Below are positions 24,541 to 37,321 of a stretch of DNA of 64,000 nucleotides, in pieces; position 1 is the stretch's first letter, and the number at the start of each line of letters is the position of its first letter. A program made the position numbers and the translations under genes. Below the pieces are notes generated by a model. It had not been told where the DNA came from, did not search any database, and worked only from the letters and a program-made list of their open reading frames with translations. Where the stretch lies: NCBI GenBank assembly GCA_965644265.1, contig OZ286463.1, positions 109,492,001-109,556,000 of the forward strand. Reading direction: 5' to 3'. Origin of the DNA: Glycera tridactyla. Taxonomy: Eukaryota.

Positions 24541-25306
24541 GCTGTTCCCACACGGCTAGGATTTCCAACTGTGTTGCAGAGGTGCAGAGAGTGACGAGAA
24601 AATCAAAATGCATTTGACATACCCGCATCTTGCCTGTATATGAAGGCAGCACAAGTTGAATGGAGCCGAAATTTAGTATTATTATTTTCCGAAAAAGGTG
24701 GTGTTAGAGCAAGGGGAGCTCTATGTCGTGCAGAGTTGCAGTGGTGACGGCCGCACCACTGAATGGAGCAATCTAGGATGAGGATCCAGGAGTCATAGAG
24801 GAGAGTTGGCCTGATCAACCACTTTCCTGGTGAAAAAAAAAAAATATATATATTGGTGTTTGCTGGTGGATGTGTGTGAGACATGTCAGCGGTGATCCTG
24901 TTTCATTCTTATCAGGGCACATCATGCTGAGGGTTGTATTCGCATTCCTTTTGGTTTCTAGTTAAGGGTCATGCTTCATGAAGTGGCGTTACATAGCTGA
25001 CTCTGCATTTTACAGCCCTGTCATAGGCGCTGGGCAGGTAGAATTTAACCTGCCTATATGGAAATCCTGATTGTTATACATGTTGATGAAATTTCCAGGA
25101 GTATGATGAGGAGCGTAGTGTTTGATTGTCGGCCCAGGTCGGCGGACTGCATGAGAGGACATGATGGTGAGCGTCGCAGTTCCAACCAGAGAGGAGGAGC
25201 AGAAAACAACTCGAGTCGGCGTGGCCGGAGATGGGATGGGAATCATCATCTTCCATCCAGGGCTAGAAATTGTTCCTGTCATAGGAACGGCCCAGTGAGA
25301 CCCGTC

Positions 25307-25900
25307 ATGGTGGACCGGGCTACGTCACCTATCCGTTGGCCGGGTGCTTACCAATGCCGCATCTGCCTTCGGAGATTTAACACAAGGCGGAATTGGCTAC
25401 GGCACCGAAGTACAGTGTGTGAAAGGTCAGGAAAAACGCCCTATCTGTGTCAGATGTGCCATTTCACATCACCCCGCCGGGATGAGATGCGTCGGCACTA
25501 CCGCCGAAGACATCAAGTGATGCTGCCTGTGGAGGCAGCCATGCCGTCTACACCGAGTGAGGCAACGTCGTTTCAGGCCGAAGAGATGGCTGATCATTCG
25601 GATGCCCAGAAGCTGGACGAGGCCACGGCGATCCCGGTAGAGGGATCGAAGGGCGAAGCTGCTGCTGTGAGGCTTAAGATGGCTGCCATGATCAACCGTC
25701 ATCCCTCTGGTGGTGCAGGGGGTGGTGTGCCACCAGAGCTCGCACGGGAGCCACCAGCTCCAAGACGTCGCTGGAAAGCTAATAAAGGTCCATCTTTAGG
25801 AGATCTCGAAATCGTCATCGAGGATGGATTTGATGATCCCTTTGCAGACAGCGGAAACGAAGGCTCTGACTGGGAGTTAGATTTAGATGCCGATCTGTGA
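25307..25900 (+). CDS. Accessory ORF (197 aa from the ATG at 25307) with C2HC and C2H2 zinc fingers and an acidic tail, in the Gypsy 3' internal region
   Basis: YQCRICLRRFNTRRNWLRHRSTVC and YLCQMCHFTSPRRDEMRRHYRRRH. A candidate acceptor, TTGTTCCTGTCATAG, ends at 25284. The frame is open from 25058. Confidence 0.6.
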   Translation: MVDRATSPIRWPGAYQCRICLRRFNTRRNWLRHRSTVCERSGKTPYLCQMCHFTSPRRDEMRRHYRRRHQVMLPVEAAMPSTPSEATSFQAEEMADHSDAQKLDEATAIPVEGSKGEAAAVRLKMAAMINRHPSGGAGGGVPPELAREPPAPRRRWKANKGPSLGDLEIVIEDGFDDPFADSGNEGSDWELDLDADL

Positions 25901-25904
25901 TCCT

Positions 25905-26265
25905 TCACAGTGCCAGTGAGCCAGTGTTGGTTCATATATGTACATTTTCAGTTTTCACTGTAACAGTGAGCCAGTGTTGGCTCATAATTACATTGTTGGC
26001 TCATACATATCCAGTATTCACAGTGCCAGTGAGCCAGTGTTGGCTCATACATATCCAGTATTCACAGTGCCAGTGAGCCAGTGTTGGCTCATATGTATCC
26101 AGTTTTCACAGCGCCAGTGAGCCAGAGTTGGCTCATAAATCTGATATTGCTTCATGAATGGCCAGTGTTGGCTAATACATATCCAGTTTTCACAGTTCCA
26201 GTGAGCCAGTGTTGGCTCATACATATCCAGTTTTCATAGTGCCAGTGAACCAGAGTTGGCTCATT
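25905..26265. repeat. ~43-bp tandem repeat, about 8 copies, each with a TGAGCCA-GTGT-TGGCTCA hairpin
   Basis: Consensus TCACAGTGCCAGTGAGCCAGTGTTGGCTCATACATATCCAGTTT. Confidence 0.9.
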
Positions 26266-26349
26266 CGGTAGCAACATCAATATAATCGAATTGTGTTCTC
26301 CACTGAGTGACGTGTTACTGACTATTTCTTCCTGTCTTATGTGCTTTAG

Positions 26350-27383
26350 ATGGATGGCAACTTACCGGGTCTGCTGCGATGTCAAGTGCCGGGAGTCAGT
26401 TCCGATGATGCATGCGCCATGATATTCACTCGTGTTGCTGAGCGCCGGGACCACTACCGCCGGCTACATAAAGCATCTGAAGTCGTTTGCCCCTGTTGTG
26501 GGAGCCACGCCACCAAGGTCTCGGACCTGAAACGGCATGTGGGGAAAGTCCATGCCGCCATCATGTCTCAGATGACGACCGCTCAGTGGGAGCAGGATGT
26601 TGGGTTTTATCTGGCCGTAAGACCACCCGTTTATGCACTGTGGTGCAAGCCTTGTCAATCAATGGACCGCGCCAGCCAGTTCTGGATGGGGTTGGTAAGG
26701 AGGAAGGTGGAGGAAGGAAAGCTGCACCATGCCACATTAGAAGATCTTGAGAACTGGTGGCATCGTGGGGCAGCGACAAAGCATAAGTGTGGTGGTATAG
26801 CTGCAACACCCAAGGGACAGAAGACGCCGGAAGTCCTGTTTCCTGTGGCGCCAGTTGCTGCCACTCCACCAGATCTGCTCGGGGAAGCAATGATGGAGGC
26901 AGATCTCCCAACTGGCATCAATTTCGATCCAGCGACTGACGTGTCACGTTCATCGACCGTGATTAGTAGCCAGATATGCTTGCCGCCACCAGCTCCGCCA
27001 CCGCCGAGAGTGCGTCCATTTCAGCAATGAAGATTGTTGAGTGTGGATGCCTGCCTCTCCTGCCACCTGCTCGGCGGGACTTTTCAACATCAAATCAGGT
27101 TGAACTGCCGTTCGGTCAAGGTACGTTCAAGTGGCCTCCAGAAGGGTGGGAATCGTACAGTGGAAGTCGGCGCCTGCAGGCATTCTTGGTCCTCACATCG
27201 AACTTTGAGATGAGGGAGGGGTCCCCGCTGGCTGCTCCAGACACAGATCCAAATGTGCTCGCCGCGAAGTACATTATGCTCCTCCTACCTGGTAGCAAGG
27301 TACCTGCAGCACAGACTGGAGACATGGCAGGACTAGTGCGTGCTCAAAGTGGCACATATCTTCATTTTGCGAACTTTGTGTAG
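26350..27383 (+). CDS. Second accessory coding region (226-aa ORF 26350-27030 with a C2H2-like finger, overlapped by the 135-aa ORF 26976-27383); function unknown
   Basis: CPCCGSHATKVSDLKRHVGKVH; GC-rich, coding-like sequence. A polypyrimidine tract and AG (TTCTTCCTGTCTTATGTGCTTTAG) end at 26349, immediately before the ATG. Confidence 0.5.
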
Positions 27384-28764
27384 GTGGTGACCCTGAAAAA
27401 AGCCCAGTGATGGCAGTGCTTCGTCCCCACTACCAGCTGAACCCACCAAGTACCAAGTGGATTATCGACCGCCTGAATGCCGCTGGCATTCCAATCTTGT
27501 TGGGCACTGCTGGCAAGCCAGAGTTGTGACTCTTCATTCGATTCTATATGAATTCTGTTTCCATGAGCTTGTTCATGATGACAATTTGTATATATACATA
27601 CATATATCTGTGTTGATCTTGTTTGAAAATGGAATTATCTTCAAATTGTTGTGGTGAAGCTGGGCTACCAGCTCTGATAAATACATGAGCCCTGTTAAGG
27701 ATTCAGTAGCCAATGGCTACTGGGCTAGTATTGAGTAGAAATTGTTGGTAGAGGTAGAGTTGACTGATGGTATTCGCTCTTCCCAGCTTATAATTGCCAC
27801 TCACCTAGAACAGAAAAATCAAACCACAATATTAATCATTCATGTATTATTTTGAAAAAAATTCATCTTCTAAATTCATTTCATAGTCAAGAATAAAACA
27901 AACACCTCGTATTTGGAGAAAAAAAAATTATTTCCCCATTTAGAAATTATTGACAAGTTGAGCTGCATTGAGCTGATGTCTGGCTGGTGACCTTGCCAAC
28001 ATGGATACCAACCTCTGGGACAAAAAGGGTGGCAGTGCCAATTTAAAGAGTAGTGAAACCAGTATTTGTTTGTTCGTTTGACTGTTTTAACTGATCTCAG
28101 TTCAGTAACCTTGTCAGAGCATGAAGGTTCTGATCTTCTAAGTGCTCCTTATAACTCTCTGCCTGTGATTAAATTTTGAATCTCCTCACCTGTGCTTGCA
28201 TATGGATGTAAGAAAGAGTATCAGGGAAGCTGATTTTTGTAGTCACTGGCCATCAGCATAGCTGATTTTTGTAGTCACTGGATATCAGTGTAGCTGATTT
28301 TTGTAGTAATTTGTTATAGCACCACCGCATCTCGAGTTAGAGGAGGGCTGAGGGTGGATATACCCAAGGGTTGTTTTTTATTCCGACTATTCCTTGCAAT
28401 GATTCCACTCTCTTTATTGATACAATGTCAACATTTTTATAAATCACCAATCTCTGCAATAGTCTCATGATGTTACCAGTTTCTGAATTATTTCAGGCCA
28501 TTAATCAAATCTGCAGGGTAGTATTAATGGTGACACAATCATCGGCACATATGGGAGCTACATGTATATATATTCTGTCACCAGACCATGAATCTTTATT
28601 TTTGAGTCGTTGGAGAGCATGTGACTACTCACACCTGAAATTATCAGACCGTGATGTGTAAATACACAAGATTCCGTCCTGAAAGGTGAGGACCTTTCAA
28701 ATATTGAAATACCTGTGAGAGTATTATTGTTGCCATGATAACACTTTGTAGTTGCCCATTGTAA

Positions 28765-29170
28765 AGGTGTGTGTGCGTGTGTGAGCGTGCATGTGTGTGA
28801 GCGTGCATGTGTGTGTGTGCGTGCACCTGTGTGTATGTGCATGTGTGTGTGTGCGTGCATAAATGTGTATGCCTGATCTTGTGCATGCATGTGTACAATG
28901 CTTAAAGTATATGATTTCTGGAGTGCCATGATTGGGCACTACCTACAGCATTGTGTGCACTGTATCCTGCACCTTGTACATAATTGGTTCCAAGTTGTAT
29001 GATGTGTCAGAGACATTCTGATAACTGCTTACTATTGCGAAATTCACCCAATGCAGTGCTGTAGATCCAAGGTGATTACATGCTTGTTTGTGCGTGCGTG
29101 TGTGTGTGGGTGAGTGCGTGGGTGCGTGCATGTTTGCAGGTATAAGTGGTGTGTGTATGACGGTATGTGT
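28765..29170. repeat. Degenerate (TG)n/(TGCG)n microsatellite patches
   Basis: Visible at ~28765-28885 and ~29085-29170. Confidence 0.85.
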
Positions 29171-29569
29171 GGGAATGTATATGAATACCAGTCACTCAGT
29201 TGAATTGAATTTTGTATATAGAGTAAAACGCTGAGTCTGGTATACCACTAATTGTGCCTATATCTGTTTATACCCTGCAGTGGTTAGGTGTGCATTTTGT
29301 ATGCATCCCTTGAAATATGTACCTGAATTCACCCAGTAGTTTTCTTTTGAAGGATGTTGAGAAATTACTGCAGATCTAGCAATGTGATTATTATTGAATC
29401 AGTCTGGCTCATGAGGGGTGAATTCCTTAAGCCAAAATAGGAATGTTTCCGCTCAAGTAATCTCATTATGTGTGAGCAGGTTTGGCTAAGAATATGATTC
29501 TGTGAGTTTGGTGCAGATCCAGCTATGCTACCTTGAATGAGAATGTAAAATGAGAAAATCTATAAATAG

Positions 29570-29770
29570 CTCCTGTGACCTTGACCTTTGACCTCTGGCA
29601 ACAAAATTCAAATTCTGGAATACAATTTTTGCATAGATCACACTCATTATGTTTTATGAAAATTAAACCAGCCAATCCAAATTAATTGCATGAAATGTGA
29701 GCGGACAGACGTACGGACGCCCGAGGTTAAACTATGATACCCAGCTTTTTCAGGAGCGGGGTGGAAAAAT
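29570..29770 (+). mobile_element. Possible HINE-like non-autonomous repeat fragment
   Basis: TGACCTTGACCTTTGACC motif, GGACAGACGTACGGACG tract, and a 3' CCCAGC...GAGCGGGG hairpin followed by an A-rich end. Confidence 0.4.
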
Positions 29771-29969
29771 GTTGGTACAAGTATTGTTCTGTATTTCAAT
29801 CAAGAGTACCAGTGCTGGGTATATGTCTCTGGCGAATGATGCCTGTATTTCTTGCCAATAGATGTACAGTACATATATATGATGGAGTTATCTAGCAAAA
29901 CAGTCATACAGGGTAATGTTACAAATTCCGCTTTGTATGTATATATAACCTCAAATGCATTCCATCCAT

Positions 29970-30342
29970 CTGAGCCGATTTTGGCGAATAATCTGTCTGT
30001 CCGAGGCAGTTTTGGCGAGTAATCGGTCCATCTGAGCCGATTTTGGCGGATAATCTGTCTGTCTGAGCCAGTTTTGGCGAGTAATCTGTCTGTCTAAGCC
30101 AGTTACGTTGAGTAATCTGTCTGTCTAAGCCAGTTATGGCTATTAATCTGTCTGTCTGAGCCAGTTCTGGCGATTAATCTGTCCATCTGAGCCAGTTTTG
30201 GCGATTTATCTGTCAGTCTGAGCCAGTTTTGGTGTCCAATTCCATCTGTCTGAGCCGATTTTGGCGACTAATCCGTCTGTCTGAGCCAGTTTTGGCGCCT
30301 GATTCTTTCCACCTGAGCTGTTTTGGTGAGTAAATCCATTCT
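29970..30342. repeat. 31-bp minisatellite, 12 copies
   Basis: Consensus CTGAGCCAGTTTTGGCGAGTAATCTGTCTGT. Confidence 0.92.
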
Positions 30343-30402
30343 ATCTTCACAGATCAGTATTAAAATTGAAAAAAGATATCATGTTATGTGTGTGCACGGA
30401 GT

Positions 30403-30770
30403 GAATTGAGAATTGAGAATTGAAAAACTTTATTTTAACTCTGGCATGGGAGGCCATGAAGACCATTTCTTCCCGGTAAGAGTACAAAACATGAAATTCA
30501 CAACATATATACACAAATACAAGAGGAAAAGAACACAAGGATGACATGGCGGTATAGTAGGATGAGGAGTGGCACACATTAAGCTGGGGGAATTGTAGCA
30601 GATGAGGCATCTGTTTGTAAATTTACTAATATTTCATGTTTACGATGAAATCGAGATTTTGAGAAATTTGTTCTCACTGCTGGTAGAGGTGCCAATCAGT
30701 CATGTATTGCCTCTATAATGTTCTATTAGGTTTTTCCTCAGTACCAGTGAATTTTGAGAGTATATCTTGT
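30403..30770 (-). mobile_element. LINE-E: short 3'-end fragment of a LINE related to LINE-D, abutting the 3' LTR
   Basis: The reverse complement of ~30403-30570 matches the LINE-D 3' end at ~54880-55033 (CTCTTACCGGGAAGAAATGGTCTTCATGGCCTCCCATGCCAGAG, AATAAAG, (TTCTCAA)n tail). The right boundary is inferred. Confidence 0.7.
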
Positions 30771-31618
30771 GGTGGTTTCCCATCACAGGTGGTCACTCTT
30801 CAGAATTGCTTCAAAGAACAGGCTTAACTGTCACCTGGGAAATGACAATAAGGTCATTTTAGCCAGGAATTCAGCATTTGCTGGCAAATATTGACCCTGT
30901 AGATTGATAATTTAGGCCTGGGGAGTGGGCTGAAGGAGCTGTCAGCTGTTTTGACATGGAATTCAATTGATGGGAAATTCCTGGTGAATTCCAATGAGGG
31001 GGATACAGGAACATAACTGTGGTGTCATTTGGTGCTAGTTCTAGTCAGTTTTGAAGCAAGTTTCATCACCTGTCATTCGAGAGAATACACTATCGTGATG
31101 TAAACAAACCACCATCTTGCCACTTACCAATGTATTTTCCTGCCAGTAAACCCTGCCAATCCTCCAGAAATGATGGAATTTCTTGTAAAGACCATGTTAC
31201 TGGTGGATATCCTGTGTTTTCATGTATATCTAGTCCACATTTGGTGTCAATACAACCTCTGAATGCCTTCATGTTCTTGTCAATGGCCAGCTGTCAATGT
31301 CAGGCGCTGGTTGTCAGTCTTGTCAACGATGTCAGGATACGCTCATTCTCCGCTCAGGATAAGAATCAAAACCTCCTGAATGTCAGTATTTGTGCAAAAT
31401 ATGGGTAGATCCGCTCAGATTTATGGGTTTATAGGGTGTTTTATGCAGATTGTGCATTTATTCAGAAATTATTCAAGTGAACAGGCCAGTGTTTTGAAGG
31501 TGATCGCTGCACTCACTGCTCTCAACGCTGACTAGCGCAAGTCAGCGCACCGATCAAAACTGCCAGTTTAAATGAATAAAACTTACATTTGGTTGAATTT
31601 TCATCACATCTTGGCTTA
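30771..31618 (+). repeat. 3' LTR, first part (lacks the first ~18 bp and an internal ~50 bp relative to the 5' LTR)
   Basis: Matches the 5' LTR from 16947 to ~17843; breaks at CATCTTGGCTTA. Confidence 0.92.
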
Positions 31619-31913
31619 TTTGATTTGATTCTTTATTTTATATCGTCATTCAAACAGTAACAAAAGAAATTGATACAGCAGGTACATGCACCCTATGTAC
31701 AGGGTCATTTCCATGTTGACGATAAAATATAGATTTCTATCAAATTCAACCGTGTCATCAAACATATTAAGAACAAAATGCTGAAGTATAGAATTCCACC
31801 ATCTTACTAGGCACATATAACATGATCAAAGTATGTATGATAATGAGATGAATTATGTGATTGTGATGTATGATATGATATATGATCTGAGGCGATGACG
31901 TATGCAAACCACT

Positions 31914-34795
31914 TCATATGAACAGGAAATTTTTGAGCTTTTCTTTGAAATTTTTCATAGTATCTGTTCTGAAGTCTGTAAATCTGTTTATATGCATATT
32001 CCACAGTTTGGGACCGCGGTGTCTAAAAGAACCTTCAACCTGTTTCAGTCTAGGCTGATATGTTACCAGATAATCTTTTTGGATAGATCTTGTTCTATAT
32101 TCATGTGTTGGATTCAGATATGTACATAAAGGGTAGTATTGTGAATGTTGCTCTCCCATCAGTATTTTATTCACATGTAGTAGAGTGTGATATTCCCTAT
32201 GACAATCAAGGTATGGCATATTTAAACTTTCATGTATATCTGAAGTTCTCGTTCTAGGAGCACATCTTGTTATGATTCGAAATGCTTTATTTTGAATTCT
32301 TTGCAATTTCATAGAATCTGCCACACCAAGATTGTCGTAGACAATATCACAGTAGTCAAACATAGGGAGAATGAGCGACTTGTATAGCATCAGAGACATA
32401 CTCTTACTGAGTATCCCCCTGAGTCTACCAAGTACGCCCACTCTCCCTATTGTCTTCATCCTTATGTATTCGGCATGAGCAGAAAAACTAAGGATTTCAT
32501 CTAATATTACTCCTAAATATTTGAAGGTTTTTACCTGTTCAATTTCTTTATTTTCAAATTGTAATTTATAAGTACATCTTTTCACCTGATTCCTAGTTCC
32601 AAAGAATATAATTTGAGTTTTACTGATATTTAGACTTAGTTTATTTCTGCGTAGCCAAATACATACAGATGAGAGAGCCGCTTCCAATTTCTCTTTTAAC
32701 AAATCTGGTGATGTATCTGATACCATGATTGCTGTGTCATCAGCATATAAGCTAATATCCATACCGGGTCCACTCATGTACGAAGGCATGTCATTTACAT
32801 AGATGGTAAACAAGAGAGGACCCAGTATGGATCCTTGAGGCACACCACAATTTATATTCTTCTCTTCCGAGATAACACCATTTGCACGTACCTGACATCT
32901 TCTATCAGTGAGATAGCTTCGAAACCAATTTACACAAATGTCATCGGCTCCATATCTAGATAACTTCATCAATAAAACACCGTGATCCACCGTGTCAAAC
33001 GCTTTCTTGAGGTCAAGGAAGAGTACTCCACTGGTCCTATTTCTTTCTATATTCAAATATATTTTATCTAGAAATTCTAGTAGACATGTACCAGTGGAGC
33101 ACCCCCCCCCCCCCCCCCCCCCCCCCCCGAAGCCAGATTGCTCCCGACACAGTAGACCAGGGGTTTCAAAATATGCCGATACTTGTTGATGCAATAATCT
33201 TTCAAGAATTTTGCTAAAAGTGTTCAAGAGACTGATTGGTCTGTAATTCGATTCTACATTTCTTTTCCCGGTTTTGAATAAAGGCACTATCAGTGCTGAT
33301 TTCCAATTATTCGGAAAATACCCATTCAAAAGACTCAGATTGAGCAAATGTTCCAAAAGTGGGCCAAGCTCTTGCGCGCATAACTCGATGATTTTTGTTG
33401 GGGGGTATCATCTTTACCTGCTTTATTAGGTGAGAGATCATTTATTATTTTGATAATATCTTCTTTAGTTGTTTTTACAAATGATAATTGATTGTTTATT
33501 GTATAAGGAAAGTTTTCAAGTGGATCTCCATATCCTGTTGGAATTTCATTACTCAATTTCTCTCCCACAGAACAGAAGAAATCATTCAACTTATTTGTTA
33601 CATCATTAGGATCTGAACTCTCTCCCATTTTCAGAATATCGACAGCAACCTTTTTCCGACCCCAAAAGTCATTTACAGTTCATTACTCTACATCTCTTTT
33701 CAAGACCTACTTTTATTTCTTTATTTGTTTCACTCTTATCTAATTTAAATAATTTATTTGATTTCTCTCGTTCTCTAATTTGGTCCAGATATTCCCCATT
33801 TAACCATCTTGGCCAATTTGAGGTAACCCGATGTCTTTTTAATGGGACATGTTTATCTAATATATTATTTAGTTTGCAGTGCAACATTTCCGAACAACTA
33901 TCAACATTTGTACAATCAAAATATTCAGACCAATCAGTACCCACGATGTCATTTTTAATGTCACTGACATTAACCTTAGCATAATCCTTGAAAAAAACAA
34001 ATGTTGATGTTCTGGGTTGTGAAAACCTTTTTCTGGCTGTGATGACAAGACTATGATCAGATACTCTAGTTTCGAGAACTGCATGTTGATGGTACATTTC
34101 AGGTCTATTCACCAGTATGTGATCAATAATTGTATTTGTAGTTGTGGTAACCCTGGTATATCTATCTATCTGCTGGACCAACTGGTTGTTTTTTAACATA
34201 TTTTTATAGGTACTAGATTAATTTATCTTCTTAAAATCTATGTTTGTATCTCCGATTATTACAATGTCATGAACTTTTTCCTCATTTATATTTACTATTG
34301 AATTTTCCAGCCAGTCGATAAATATACCTTGGTTACCTTGTGGTGGTCTATATAGACCACAAATATACGTCGGTCTGGTATTAGGAAGAGAAAATTTCAT
34401 CCACATCGCTTCAATATCAGGTGTCATATTGTAAAATCAATCATCTGTTCCACACATCTATCTCTTCTGATATAAGCGAGTAATCCACCTCCTGACTGTT
34501 TACAACTATTCTTGTTTCTATCAGCACGTATCAAATAATAACCAGGTATAGACAATTCACCATCATCATGATTTCCATTCAAAAAGGTTTCTGATATTAT
34601 CAATATATCAAGTTTCCCCATGAGTAATAATAAGTGAACATCATGAACCTTATTTATTAGACTACGTATATTTAAAGATGATATCTTGACCCCTTTGAGC
34701 TCATTCATCTCCCGTGCACATGTTAGTTGTTTTGTTGTGGTTGCAGTATGATGCATGGTTTGGGTGGTATATGTGCTAGCAATGGTTAGATTCAC
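31914..34795 (-). pseudogene. LINE-B ORF2 (APE endonuclease + reverse transcriptase), frameshifted
   Basis: SSLNIRSL, ISETFL, GLYRPP, IGDTNID, IDHILVN (APE); NYRPISLL, FLDLKKAFDTVDH, GVPQGSILGPLLF, YADD (RT). A 27-G homopolymer at 33102-33128 keeps the frame. Confidence 0.92.
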
Positions 34796-36343
34796 TAAAT
34801 AAAATCTATCAAACTATATTATTTATCCAATAATGGTCATTTCAATATCAATTTTGATAAGTAACTTATCTTTACTATAAGATGAGGGCTATGCTAACTC
34901 CTACAGATTGGGCAGCTACCTCAACATTTATATCACCCCCCCCCCCCCAGTGAGCCATTTTGTTTAAATTATCAAAATAAAATTTTACTCGATCAAAAAC
35001 ATATAGAAATCAAATTAATCTCCCTATTCCCTCATCTCTCACTGCAACAGTTACGTTTCAAGTAATTAAATAAACTTTGAGGGGGTACTTGGTATTGGTG
35101 GTCCATGAAAACATAATTCATACATCACTCATGAGGCAAATCTCTATGGTCATTCACAACTATAATTAAGATTCAGAGAAAAATAATATGTAGTTTCCTA
35201 CCGAACACAAAACGCAGACTTCTAGGTTTGGTTCATCAATTATCAAAATGTCTGTATTCTAGAATTGGGCATGACTTTTATGTCGAATGATTCCCATAAT
35301 GGACATCCTCTGAAACCAGAATTTTTCGGTACCATTCTAGATAGTATACATTCTTTATACCCCGTATAATACAGTTTTCATATTTCAAATAATAAATCAA
35401 CAAAATTCAAAACAAAATCTGGGTCTGATATGTGTGCTGTGATTTACATACCGAGTTTTGAATCACATTCTTACTGTTAGATCAAGGTTAGTAGCTAGAA
35501 GCATACATTCAACACAAGTCTTGACAAAACTTCACCATTCTTTCCCTATTTCATCAAAATTTGTTGACATTCTGTTTCTGATTTTCCATAAATTAACTTG
35601 GGCAGGAAAATCACTGAACACCACATATTTGCCATTTTCATAATTTCTAAGATTTGTAACATCAATCTACACCTTCACATATGAATATTCCATTGACACA
35701 CTGGTACAGCATATACTATCATATATTGGTTTCACATATGATTTATCCATTGTATTTGACCACTGCAGATTCACATATCATTTTGGTGACATAGCTGATG
35801 ACACCAATTTTTATAAAATTCTCTGATTAATCCTATAAATAATGCTCTGATTGGCTATATGGACTGGATTGAAAATAAAATAGTTGTACATTGATATCTA
35901 CAGTGAAATAGGACCACTGTTGTTAGTGAGAACCATTTCATCCATATTTGTTTCCAGTGCCATATGTTTTGTACTGTTATACTGCTCACCATTATTTTCA
36001 AACTGAATCCCAGTCAGAGCAAATGATAATAATTTTAATAAAAGCAATATGATAACAGGCAATAGATCACCCAAGACATTTCACCTCCAGGACGACAGCT
36101 GTTGGTAAGAACCTTTGGTGTCATATCTTTGGTTTTCCTTGCCTGTTTCACCCATCATGCACCATTGGGCATGGTGATTTATATACTCATGACCATCGGT
36201 TGTGGTGCCAAAATAATAACTCAGATTTGATAGGTTGATGTCAGCATAGCAATTCATTCTCATACCCATCCATCATTCGGACATTCCTCTACCTGCAACC
36301 ACACAGTAAAACATATTTGACACATATCAATACATGGCATATT

Positions 36344-37321
36344 TTATGTTGCATAAAACCAATTATCTAAGATTGGTCCTGCCATGGAGAGACACAGAGC
36401 TCTGTTTCCTGACTGGTTTAAATGGATTTTATCTGGCAGAAACATTCCAGTCATGATTTCACCATGTGTACAGGACTTTCTCCTGTTTCTTGCTCGATAT
36501 CTCATGACCAAGCTCAGGTCTCGTACTTGATATGGTTTAACAAACATATGGTGTGTATGTATGAAACGTAATGGTGGGTTAAAATAACTCCTCAAGAAAT
36601 GATCAGTCCAGATTGCTAACACCTTGGTCTCTGGACACCAGTTTGGACGCCAGGTGATTGGAACATTACACAAGGTTGAAAGTGGAAAATAATCCTGTAG
36701 TAGAGAAAAAAATGAAATGTTAAGGTTTTAGGTCCATTTTCTGCACTTGAGTAGGCTAAATCAGACCACCTGCCAAGGAAGAGCGAAGATGAAGGGTGAA
36801 AGAGAGACCACCTCCTTGATATGACCAACCAAATGGGCAAAAGCATCATTTCTAAGACGTACAATTTCCCTGTTTCTCAACCTTGGATCACGAATGAAGT
36901 TGGTTCGACTCTTTATCTTTTTGGAAAACCTGTCTATATCATTCGAACCCAGTATAATCACAATATAGTTCGGTGCCACTTCATCATCGATTAGGGACTG
37001 CATGATATTGCCATATCTCTTCGCCTTCATTTTCCCATTTGGTGTGTTTGAGAAATTTCCAATGATTTCATCTCCAAAGGTTCCCCAGCTACTTCCACTG
37101 ATACCCTTGTATACCCACGGTAGCATCAGATGTTTGATGTTATCTCCTTCTGGCAGGGATGAGATATATTTGCTTAGCCTCCACACATGACTGCTCCCAA
37201 TACATAAGACATCTGGTGTGCCATGTTGTTCTAGTAGGAAACGTCTACGATATACAGGACATGTTTCTGGGCTCCAATTCACTCTCTCTTCTGCCAATCT
37301 CCTAGCAATATCTGGTTTGAC
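36344..37321 (-). CDS. LINE-B SGNH/GDSL-type hydrolase, two predicted exons (37321-36812 or 36770, and 36694-36344)
   Basis: Block I VLCIGSSHV, block II GISG, block III ILGSNDID, block V LPDKIHLN. The track's start at 37297 is TTG, not ATG; the frame is open back to an AG acceptor at 37322. Confidence 0.75.

Noticed and set aside
33102-33128. Poly-Gly insertion in the LINE-B RT
   Set aside because: A homopolymer expansion or sequencing error at the GFRxxHST motif, not a functional feature.
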